Positions 37,726 to 47,446 of a DNA stretch of 64,000 bases are shown piece after piece. Each line of letters opens with the position of its first letter. The first letter of the stretch is position 1. The translations under genes were made by a program, and so were the position numbers. Below the pieces are notes generated by a model that worked only from the letters and a program-made list of their open reading frames with translations, was not told the DNA's origin and did no database searches. This DNA is from Scenedesmus sp. PABB004 (lineage: Eukaryota): positions 248,001 through 312,000 of the forward strand of contig JABVCE010000005.1 in the NCBI GenBank assembly GCA_014905635.1, written 5' to 3'.

Positions 37726-38850
37726 GCCGCCGCCGCCGCCGGGCGGCGCGCCGAGCGCGGGAAAGTGCTCCGCGCCGAGGTGCGGCGCGTTGCCGCCGCA
37801 CCCGGGCGCGGCGCGCTGCGCGTGCTGGGCCTGGCGCAGCTCGAGCAGCTTTGCCTCCTCGCCGTTGACCCCAAGGTGCCGCGCGCCCAGGTGCTGCGCG
37901 AGGAAGCCGTAGGCAGAGAACGCCTTGCCGCACGCGAGGCAGCGCACGCGGCCGGTCACGGGGTCGGCGGGGCTGCGGTGCGCCTGCGCCATGAGCCGCG
38001 CCGCGGCCGCGGCCGCCGGCGCCGCCGCCTCGCGGCCGCCGCCGGGGGCCCGGCGTCGGCGGCGGCGGCGGCACTGACACCGGCGCCGGGGCGCGACGGC
38101 GCGCGCACGGCGGCGCGGCTGGCGCCGCTCGCCGCCGGCGCCGCGACCGAGAGCCGCCGACCGGCCGGCACGAGGGTCACGCGCCCGCCGGTCCGCGCCG
38201 CCGTGCGGCCGCGCCGCTGCACCTGCTGCCAGCCGGCATCGCCGCCGCCGCCCGCCGCCGCAGGCGCCTGCTGCTGCTGCAGCGCCTCGCCGTCCGGCAT
38301 GCTGGCGCGCACGGCGCGGATGTTCTGCTGCTCCCCGTTCATCAGCGCGGCCGGCTGCGCTGCGGCCGCGGCGGCGGCCTTGAGCTGCCAGGGCCCGGCC
38401 TGCCTGCCGGGGCCATGGGCGTCGCACTGCAGCGCCAGCCTGTCTGCGGGCGCGCGGGTTGCGCGCCTGCGGCAGCGCAGGCGGCGGCGGCGGGCGGCGG
38501 CGGCGTGCAGCGGTCGAGCCCAGGCGGCGGGAGGCGGCCAGCCGTGATCCTGGCGCTCTCCGCGCTGCAGGGCCGCCCTGCGCGCTGCCTGGGGCCTGGG
38601 CGCCGGCCAGATGATGGCCCCCGCAGCTGCTGCCGCGCCCCGCGCCGCTCGCGCGCCACGCGGCCCGCCGCCCGCCGAGCGGTCGCACCTTGCACCCACC
38701 CAGCTGACGCGCGCTGCTTGGCGCCGCCGGCACGCCACCGGCACGCCACCGGGGAAGAGCCCCCGGCTGCTGCTGCTGCAGCTGCTGCTGCTGCTGCTGC
38801 TGGCTACCTGCCGCTGCTCGCCTCCCAGGGCGCGCTGCGTTCGCCTTCAT
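32887..38850 (-). CDS. SBP2: SECIS-binding protein 2 (SBP2)-like, with two zinc fingers and polyQ
   Basis: Lys-rich motif KKLSTLKRLILRER and L7Ae domain YCKQEIS...FQDRAVAKNPVK..RRWYVAGLREVRK...LLAPNIE...GGL...PVVFALSRKRLG. The 5' end is uncertain: ATG 38850 if the G-run at 38044-38048 lacks one base, otherwise ATG 37992. Confidence 0.88.
35716..35868. repeat. (CTG/CAG)n coding repeat giving polyglutamine in SBP2
   Basis: 27 perfect CTG units at 35716-35796, followed by interrupted runs. Confidence 0.95.
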
Positions 38851-39961
38851 TGAGGGCGGCGGCGCGCCGATCCATGCGCGCGCGAAGCGAATGCTTGATG
38901 CCGCGCATAATATTCGCGAGGCGTGTTGCTGCTTCAACAAGCGCGAGGGGCCTCCGCGCTCTCTGGATGGGCGCGCCGGGAGAGGGACGTCGCCGCCGCG
39001 CGCCGCTGCCGCGCCCGCCGGCCGCCGCCGACCCCCGCTGCGCGCTGCCCGCTGGGCGGCCCGCAGCCTCAGCACGCCGCCGCTGGCCCCTATGCTGGGT
39101 ATTACACACGCCGCGCCCGGCGCCCTCCCCTGCCCGCGGTAGCCCCTGCTGCGCCACGGCGCCCGCGGTCAACCCCTGCTGTGCGCTGCGCGCGCACTTG
39201 AGCGACGCCCACCCCCCTGGTGCCCGCCCCGCCTCCCCTCACGTGTGATGAGCGTGCGCCCGCCGCCGCGCGCGCGTGCAACATCCTGCACAGCCTGCCC
39301 GGCGCCCCAGCGCCGCCTGCCGCCGCCTCCTGCGCGTGCCGCCGCGTGCCGACAATCTACATCTAATGTGCAGCAGCCACAAGCCATCTAACACAGCCTA
39401 TGCACGCCGAGGATGAATGAAATTGAGTATGCCGGTGCCGCGTGCGTGCGTGCGTGGTTGGGGCGATCAAATCGGTGCCCGGAAGCGCGGCGGCGTTCGG
39501 CTGGGCACCGCGCACGGTGCCTCGCGCGCTCGCGCGTGATCACAACCGCCGCGGCCGCGGCCGCCCGCGCCGCGGGCGGCCGCGCCGACAAAAACTGCCG
39601 CCTTCGAGGGCGGCCGTGCGCAGCCCGACGGGCGCGCGCCAACGAAAGAGTCTGTGCTCGCTGTGCGCCGGCGGCGGCACAGCAATGCGCGGGGGGCCGC
39701 CCTGCCCCCCAACCCCCCCTCGCGCATGAAAAGGGCACCCGCGATCAAATGGCCCCGCGCCGCCGCGGCGATCAACGCCCGCAGGCAGCCCGGGGCGCGC
39801 GCGCCCACCGCCGCTCCGGCCCACCGGCCGGTGGGCCGGCAACTCTGCGCAGCAACAAGAGCTCCACAGACGAGTCCCAGACACAGCGCCAACAAACCCC
39901 CGCGCGCGGCGGCCGCGGCTGGCCGCCTGCCGCGCCGAGCTGAGGCGCGCCCGAGCGCGCC

Positions 39962-41149
39962 TCACAGCCCCAGCAGGCGGGAGAGGTACTCATCCAGGCC
40001 CTCCTCCACCGCGCCGCCGCCGCCGCCGCCGAGCGCCAGCTCAGCGCCGCCGCCAGCACGCGCCAGCGGCGCGCCCCAGCCGCCGCCGAGGGCGTGCAGC
40101 GCCTGCGCCGGCGGGGCCGCCGCCGGCGCGCCGCCCGCCGCCAGCCCGGCCAGGCTCTCGCGCGAGAGGCGGCTCGGCTGCGCCGCGGCCTTGGGCGGCG
40201 GCGCGCCGGCCGCCGCGGCGAGCTCCATCGCGCGGTGCAGCTCCCACTGCTTGCGCCGGTAGCGCTGGCGGTGGCTGAGCCCGGTCGTGCGCTGCGGCGG
40301 CCGCGCGCCGGCGGGGCTCTGCGCCAGCTGGCCCGCGCCGCCCGTGGCGTTGGAGGCCGTGGAGCACGGCGAGCCCACCAGCTGCCCGCCGGGCGGGCTG
40401 CCGCCGGCAGAGGCGGCGGCCGCGCCGCCGCCGCCGCCGCCCGGCGCCTCGTCGCGCGCGGCGGCCGGGCCCGCCGCCGGGGCGGCCCCCGCGGCGGAGC
40501 GCCGGCCCCGCGCGCGGCCGCGCCCGTGCTCGTCCTCTGGCCCCTCCTCCGCGCTGCCGCCGGCCGCCGCGGCGTCGGGCAGCGAGGCGGCGGTCGACGC
40601 GGAGGAGCAGGAGCCGTCCGGCAGCTCGGCCACGAGCGCAGCCGCCAGGCCACGCGGCTGCTGCGCGCCGGCCGCCGCGGCCGCGGCCGCCTCTGCTCTC
40701 TTGGCCTTGCTCCGCCCGCGGTTGGGGCCGCGCCGCGTCTTGCGGTGCGGCGCCGCCGCCGGTGCCGGCGCAGGCGCCGCGATCGCGAACAGCTCCGGCG
40801 CCGGCTGTCCGGCCAGCATCATCAGGGAGTATGCGTGCTGCGCGTGCTGCGCGCCCTGCAGGTGCAGGTGCTGCAGCGCGGCCGCGGCGTGCGCGGCCGC
40901 GAGCGCCTGCGCATGCTGCGCCGCCCAGTCGTAGCCCGCCGCCGCCGCCAGGCCCAGGTCGGTCAATGGGGCCGGCGGCGGCTCCATTGGCAGCAGTCCG
41001 GGCGGCGGCGGGGCGCCCAGCGCCTCGGCGAGCGCCGCGGCGTAGAGCGCGTCCGCGCCCAGCCTGGCGGCGCCGCTCGAAGGCGGCGCGTGCAGTAGTG
41101 CTGCGGCCGCGGGCGCGCCGAGCGGGCCCGGCTGCAGCCAGGGGTGCAT
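39962..41149 (-). CDS. Hypothetical single-exon low-complexity protein (395 aa) with two basic motifs
   Basis: ATG-to-TGA ORF with Ala/Gly/Leu/Gln composition typical of true frames here. Motifs HRKTRRGPNRGRSKAKR and LSHRQRYRRKQWELHR. Confidence 0.65.
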   Translation of the reverse strand: MHPWLQPGPLGAPAAAALLHAPPSSGAARLGADALYAAALAEALGAPPPPGLLPMEPPPAPLTDLGLAAAAGYDWAAQHAQALAAAHAAAALQHLHLQGAQHAQHAYSLMMLAGQPAPELFAIAAPAPAPAAAPHRKTRRGPNRGRSKAKRAEAAAAAAAGAQQPRGLAAALVAELPDGSCSSASTAASLPDAAAAGGSAEEGPEDEHGRGRARGRRSAAGAAPAAGPAAARDEAPGGGGGGAAAASAGGSPPGGQLVGSPCSTASNATGGAGQLAQSPAGARPPQRTTGLSHRQRYRRKQWELHRAMELAAAAGAPPPKAAAQPSRLSRESLAGLAAGGAPAAAPPAQALHALGGGWGAPLARAGGGAELALGGGGGGAVEEGLDEYLSRLLGL

Positions 41150-41741
41150 GGTGAGTCAATCAGGCGCCGCTGCAGGGCTGGCAGCGCCGCCCGGGCAGGC
41201 GCCGCGCCGCCGGCGCCGCGGCCGCGCGAGCGGTCGGAGCGCCCCCCGCGCAGGGCGCCCGTCGCATGAGCCCGCCGCCGCGCCGGGGTGCGCCCGATGT
41301 TGCTTGCAACGACGCACACACGGGCAGAACGCCGGGGGCTCGGGGCCCGCGGGAGGTGGTTGGCCGGGGCGGTTTCCGACGCCCCTAATCAGGCCAGGCG
41401 CGCCCTGCGAGTCGGCGGAGGGTGGAGATGACGTCCCTGAGCGCCGCATCCGCTGGCCCCTCGCCAGGCGCGCGAGCGCGGCGCCAGCGCTCGCGGCAGT
41501 CCGGCCGCCGCACCGCGTCTGCGAGGGCCGCGCCATGCCTCCTCCAGCGCCGGAAGCGCGGGGATGTCTCACACACGGATGAATGGTGGGTCGGAGGGCG
41601 ACCGCGCGGTGCCATGCGGCAGCAGGCAGGTGAAGGTCAACAGCCGGGTTGACCAGGCCCAACCCAACCAATCGCTGTCGCCGCCGGCGGGGCAGGGACA
41701 GCCCCAGGCGACCACGACTGCTCCGTCCCGCCAGCGGCACC

Positions 41742-42032
41742 ATGGCGGCGCCGCCGCCCGACCCGCGCGGCGTGGCAGCCTTGCTGGCCGCGCACGCCCG
41801 CTGCGCGGCGCTGCACCCGCGCCTGGCCGCTGCGCTCGCGCAGCTGTGCCAGGCCAACGCGGGCGGCTTCGCGCTGGGCGACCTGCCTGCCGCGGCAGAG
41901 CTGCTGGAGGCGCTGCTCTGCATCGCCGGTGGCGCCGACGGCGCCGCGTCGCGCGCGTTCCGCGAGCCCGCGTGCGCCCTGCTCAGGTGCGGCGGCGCGC
42001 GCGGCGCGCGTGCGGGGTGCGAGCGCGGCTGA

Positions 42033-42086
<54 letters not shown>

Positions 42087-45000
42087 AGGGCGCTGGCGCG
42101 GCCGTACGTCAAGCGCCGCGCCGCGGATGAGCTGGCGCTGCGCGGCGCGCTGTCGCGCCTGCTGGCAGCCGTGCTCGCCGCGCTCGCGCCGGGCGTGCCG
42201 GCGCCGCTGCCGCAGGCGGCTGCCGACGTGGGTGCCGCGCGACGCGGGCGGCCACGGCGCGCGGGGGCTCCGCGCCCCACACGGGCGCCGCGCCGCGCCG
42301 GGCCCACCCCGCGCCGCCCGCCGCAGCTGCTGGCAGACTTTTCGTCTGCCTACAACAACCGCCCCGGCGTCCAGGCCGTGCAGCAGGGCGCCGCGACGGG
42401 CGACCTGGCCTCGGCGGCGCGCGTCTACCACACCCACCAGAGGTGAGCTCGCGCGCCGCGCCGCACGCGGGCGACGCCCTCGCGCACTCAGTGAGCTCGC
42501 GCCGCGCCGCCCCTGCCGCAGTGTTCTGGGCGAGAGTGGGGCCGCACAGGCGATGTGCGCGGCGCTGCGCGCGGCCCTGGAGCAGTATGGCAGCGGCGGC
42601 GGCGGCAGTGCCGTCTGCACGGGCGGCGCGAGCGGCGGCGATGCTGGCGCGTCCCTGGCGGGCGCGCTGCTGGCGGCGCTCCTGAACTTTTCGTTCTCGC
42701 CGGAGCTGGCGCGCCAGCTGCTGCGCGCTGGGCTGCTGCCGCTGCTGGCGCAGGTGCTGCAGCGCCAGCTGCGCGCCAAGGGCGGGCACGAGAGCAAGGC
42801 CGCGGCGCAGGCGGTGGAGGCGCTGTGGAACCTGCTCCAGCTGGCGCCTGTTGACGCGCAGGCTGCGCTGTGCACGCCTGGCGCTGGCCCGGGGCAGGAC
42901 CCAGGCGCCTGCGAGCCGGAGTGGGAGCCGGCGGAGCCGGGGGCGCAGCCGGCACCTGCGGAGCCGCCGCCCTGGACGCCGCCCGCGGTCGCCGGCGGCG
43001 CCGAGGTGTGGGTGCCGCAGTCGGGCGGCGACAGCGCCGCCAGCAGCCGCCCGCCATCGCGGCCGCAGCCCGAGCTGGCAGGCGGCTGCGCCGGCCGCGC
43101 GTGCGCGGCGGAGGCGAGCCAGGGCGGCACCGCAACCGCCGCGGAGCTGGTAGAGGTGCTGGTGACTGTCTTCCGACGGCACCTGCACAACACCAGCAGC
43201 AAGCTGGTGCGCCGCCGACTCGTGCACGCGCTGCCGCCGCGTGCTGCACGCACTGCACGCGCTGCGGCCGCGCGGCCCGCGCCTGACGCTGTGCCGTGTG
43301 GCACCCACCTCTCACGGCGGCGCAGGCCAAGGAGAAGCGCAACGACGCGCTCGCCGTGCTGCAGCTGCTCACCGCGCTGCCGGCCGGCGCCGCCGCGCTG
43401 GCGCGCGATGGCGGCGCGCTGCAGCTGCTGGTCGCGGCCGCGACCACGCCCGAGCTGCAGCCGGCCAGCGCGCTGGTGCCGGCGGGCGCGTTGACCAAGG
43501 AGGCCGGCGACCACGAGCTGAAGCTGCTGCTCTGGGGCGCGCTGGGCGGCGCGGCGGCCGCACACCCCGCGGCCGCGGCGGCCGTCGTGCCGGGGCTGCT
43601 GCGCGCGCTGCTGCTGGTGGCCGACGAGTCGGCGGGGCGCGGCTGCTTTGCGGTCGGCCGCTGGAGCCCGGAGCAGCTGCTCACACTGCGCCGCGCGGCG
43701 TGGCAGGCGCTGCTGCAGGTGCGGCTCAGGCGCGCGGGCGCCGCGCGGCCGGCGCGGGGCGTCCGTCGGCACCGACCGATGCACGCCCCGCGCGCGCGCG
43801 CGTGCCGCCGCCGCCGCCGCCACTGTTGCCGGCGCCGCCACAGTCCGCCCCGGCATGCAAGCAGGAGTTCCTGAGCTGCGGCGGCATGGCGGCGATTGTC
43901 CGCCACCTGGACGGCTGCGCCGGCGGCACCTGCTCCGCCGCCGCCGCCGCAGCGTGGGCGCCGCGCGCCGGCAGCCCCAGCGGCCGCGCCGGCGCCCTCG
44001 CCTCGCTGCCCGGCGGCGGCGTGGCGGCGGCAGCGGTGCAGGGCTGCTTTGCCACGGGCGCGGGCGGCAGCTCCGCCAGCCGCAGCGTCGAGCTCGCGCT
44101 GCGCCTCGCGACGCGCCTCGTCGCCGGCGACGCCGCGCTGGCGGCGGCCTGTGCCGACGCCGGCGCCGTGCCGGTGCTGCTGGAGCTGCTGCGCTTGCCG
44201 ATGTGCGCCGACGCGGCTGCCGCCAAGGCGGGCACGCTGCTCTTGCTGGCAGAGCTGTGCGCCGCGGGCGGGCGCGGCTGTTGGACAAGGCTGCGCGACG
44301 CCGATGGCGTGGGGCTGCTCCTGCACGCGTGCGCAGAGTGAGCGCGCGGCGCACTCGGGCCGCCTGTGGTGCCGGCGCGCCACCTCCGGGAGCAGCTGTT
44401 CCCAGCTGCAGTGCTGCCGCCCGCCAGGCGCCCTGACACCGCCGCGCGCCCGGCAGGCTGCTGGAGGCCGACACCGCCGCGCCGAGCCTGGCGGGCCTGG
44501 CGGCGTTGGACTGCCTCTGGCGCGGCGTCGTGCCGAGCGCGCGCAGCCGTGCGCAGCTGCTCGCCCTGGGCGGCATGGACACGCTGCTCGGCCTGCTGGC
44601 GCGCTGCAGCACGCACAGCAGGCGCGTGCGCCGCGCGCTGCGGGCCGCGGCGCGGCAGCACGCGCGCCTCGCAGCTGCGCGGCCGGGGCTGGCCGGCGCG
44701 CAGAGGTCCCCCGGCGCCCGACCGTCGTCCCGCGCGCCCGGCGCAGGCCCGTGGTGCTGTCGGTGCTGGCAGACCTGCTCTCGGACGCGCGGGCGCGCCC
44801 CTTCTTCGCAGACTGGAGCTGTCCCGGGCCGCTGCCGCCGCCCGCCGGCGCGCCGTGCGCCCCAAGCTGCTCGCCGAGCCTGCCCGGCCCGGGCGGGGCC
44901 TCCGCGCGGCCGGGCGCACAGCCCGTCACGGCGACGCAGCTGCTGCTGGCCGTGTGGCGCGAGCAGGACGCGGCGCGCGGGCTGTCGGGCGCCGACGGTC

Positions 45001-45977
45001 TGATCGCCAACCCGCGCCGCCCGCTGGCGGGCGCGCGCGGCGCGGCGGCGCCCGGCGCGCGGCCGGGCGCCGCGCTGTGCCCCGCCGGCCACGGCGGCGA
45101 GCGGCGGCAGCTGCTGGAGCGCGTCGCGCGCGCGAGCGAGCCGGACGCAATGATGGAGAAGGCACGCGGCGCGCCGCTGCGCGCGGGGACGGCCGCCGCA
45201 GCGGGCCCGGAAGGGGGATGAGCTGCCGGCTGGTGCGCGCGCAGGTGCACGCCTGCCTCGCGCAGCTTGGCTTTGCTCCCGCGGCCGGCCTGCCGCCTGC
45301 CGACGCTGCAGCGCTGGAGCTGGTGCGAGCGTACGTGCCGCTGCGGCAGGGCGAGGTGTGGCAGGTGCGCGCGCGGCAGCCGCCGTGCCCGGGCCCCGGC
45401 GGCGAGACGCGGGCGCGTGCCGCGCCCGACCCACGCCGCCCGCCCCGGGGCGCGCAGGACATTGCGGCCGAGTTTGAGGCGACGGGCCTCACGCCGACGG
45501 AGGAGGACAGCGCGCGGCTGACGTCGGGCGTCGAGCGCGCGCGGGTCGTGGCGGCCGAGGTGCGGCTGGCGCAGGAGCGCCTGCTCTCCGCCGCGGCGGC
45601 GGAGCAGCGCGCGGCGGAGCACGCAGGCTACGCGGCGATGCTCGCTCAGGCGGCGACCGACGCCAAGGCCAAGGTGCGGTGCCGGCCGTGCGCGGGCGCC
45701 GCCGCGGCGGCGGCCGCGGGCGCGCGCTGACGCGCGCCGCGCCGCGCCCGCGCCGTGCTGCCAGACCTGGGAGCGGGACGGCGCCAAGCTCACGATGCGC
45801 GAGCGCCTCGCCGCCAAGGCGCGCAAGGAGGACATGCTGCACCGCAGCCTCGGCGACAGCCTCGCGAGCGCAGGCGCCAGCGGCGGCGGCGGCTGCGACG
45901 CCTGCTTTGCCATCCCGGCTGGCGCCGTCGCTGCGGAGGCTGGCGCGGGCGGCGGCGTCGACGCGGGCGCGCCGTGA
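41742..45977 (+). CDS. CFAP69: Cilia- and flagella-associated protein 69 (ARM-repeat), multi-exon
   Basis: Ordered motifs recalled from the family: KEKRNDALAVLQLL, DHELKLLLW, WSPEQLLTL, LDCLWRGVV...GMDTLLGLL, VLSVLADL, LLLAVWREQD, KVHACLAQLGF and YVPLRQGEVWQDIAAEF..GLTPTEED. Confidence 0.8.
42033..42085. repeat. (GCC)n microsatellite in the first CFAP69 intron
   Basis: Uninterrupted GCC run between the CTGAC branch-like motif and the CAG acceptor. Confidence 0.9.
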
Positions 45978-46040
45978 CGGGCGGGCGCGTTGCAGTGCTG
46001 CCGGCGCGTGCGTGGCCCAGCCGGTCAACCGCGGCACGCG

Positions 46041-47168
46041 TCACGCGATGCCGGCCGCGTCCCAGCAGAACTTGTGGCCGTCCTGCATCGCGTCCAGCTC
46101 GTCCATGTCGGCCGGGGACAGCGCCCACCCGGTCAGCGCGGCCGGGCTCGCCTGCTCGATGCGGTCCGGGCGCACAGACTTTGGGATGACCGCGCAGCCC
46201 TGCTGCAGGCCCCAGCGCAGCAGCACCTGGCGCGCGCGCAGCACGGCACAGCGCAGCGGTCAGGCCGGCGCGCGCCGCGCGCGGCGCGTGCAGCCGTCGC
46301 CGCGCAGGCGCACAGCCGCGCACCTGCGCCTCGGTCCTGCCCGCGCGCGCCGCGACGCGGCGCACGACTGGGTCTGCCAGCAGCTGCCCGGCGCCGAGGC
46401 TCGCGTAGGCCGTCACTGCGATGCCCGCCGCTGCGCACGCGCGGCGCAGGGCGGCCTCGGGGCGGCGGGGGTGGACCTCAAACTGGTTCACGTGCGGCGC
46501 CACCGCCGCGCTGCGCAGCAGCTCTGCCAGGTGGCGCTCGGTGTAGTTGCTCACGCCGATCGCCCGCACGCACCCCTGCGCGTGCAGCGCCTCCAACGCG
46601 CGCCACGTCTGCGCGCGCAGCTCCGCGTTGGCCGGCGACGCGGCGTCCACGCGCGCCGCGCCGGGCCTGCGCGGTGCGGTTGGCGGCGGCGCCCGCGTCA
46701 GGGGCCGCGCGCGGGGCGGCTGCACGGCCCGCGGCTGCGCGGGCGCGCCGCCGGCACCAGTGTATGAGCAGCAGGTCTAGGTAGCTCGTCTGCAGGCGCT
46801 CCAGGATGGCCGCCGCCGCCGCGGCTGCCGCGGCACCGTGCTCCGCGGGACCAAGCTTGCTGGTCAGAAACACTTCCTCCCGCGGCAGCCGCGCCGCGGC
46901 GAGCGCGGCGGCAACGTCGGTCTCGTTCTGCGCGCGCACCAGGCTGTTGTCAGGGCAGCCCCTGCTGGCACCCCCATAGGCCGAGGCCGCGCCGCACCCT
47001 GTAAACGCTCGCAGTATCAATCAGCCGGACGCCGGCGCGCAGCGCGGCGGCCACGGCGGACTGGCACTCGGCTCCGCGCGCGCGGAACGTGCCCAGACCT
47101 ACTGCAGGCATAATCACCCCGTTGTGAAGCAGTAAGTTGGAGCCGTTGTGCAGCGTGATGGCGGCCAT
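46041..47168 (-). CDS. Aldo-keto reductase, multi-exon
   Basis: LHNGVIMPAVGLGTF, IDTASVY, REEVFLTSKL, YLDLLLIHW, AIGVSNY, VNQFEVHP, VLLRWGLQQG and VIPKS. Confidence 0.95.
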
Positions 47169-47446
47169 GGTCGCGCCGCCGCAGGCCGCTCCTGGCGGCC
47201 GCTGATGGCGGCCGCTGCTGCCAGGCGCTGCTGCCAGGCGCTGCAGCTGAAGGCTGCGCCGCCGCGCCCCCGGTAAGTTGGCGTCCCTGGCCACACGCCC
47301 GGACCTCGACCTGGGGCAGCGCGGCGCCTGGCGCGAACGGAGGGGCTGGCGGGGCAGCGTGGTCGGCCGCGCGTTGCTCGGAGCGGTGCGTGAGCTTCTG
47401 GGGAGTTTCAGCCGCCAGCACGGGCCTCGCGGCATCATGGCCCAGC

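Noticed and set aside
39245..39430. C/D snoRNA candidate (GTGATGA at 39245) in an AT-richer stretch
   Set aside because: There is no CTGA D box at a suitable distance and no terminal stem. The stretch is more likely the 3' UTR of the orphan gene, with TGTAA on the - strand at 39102-39106.
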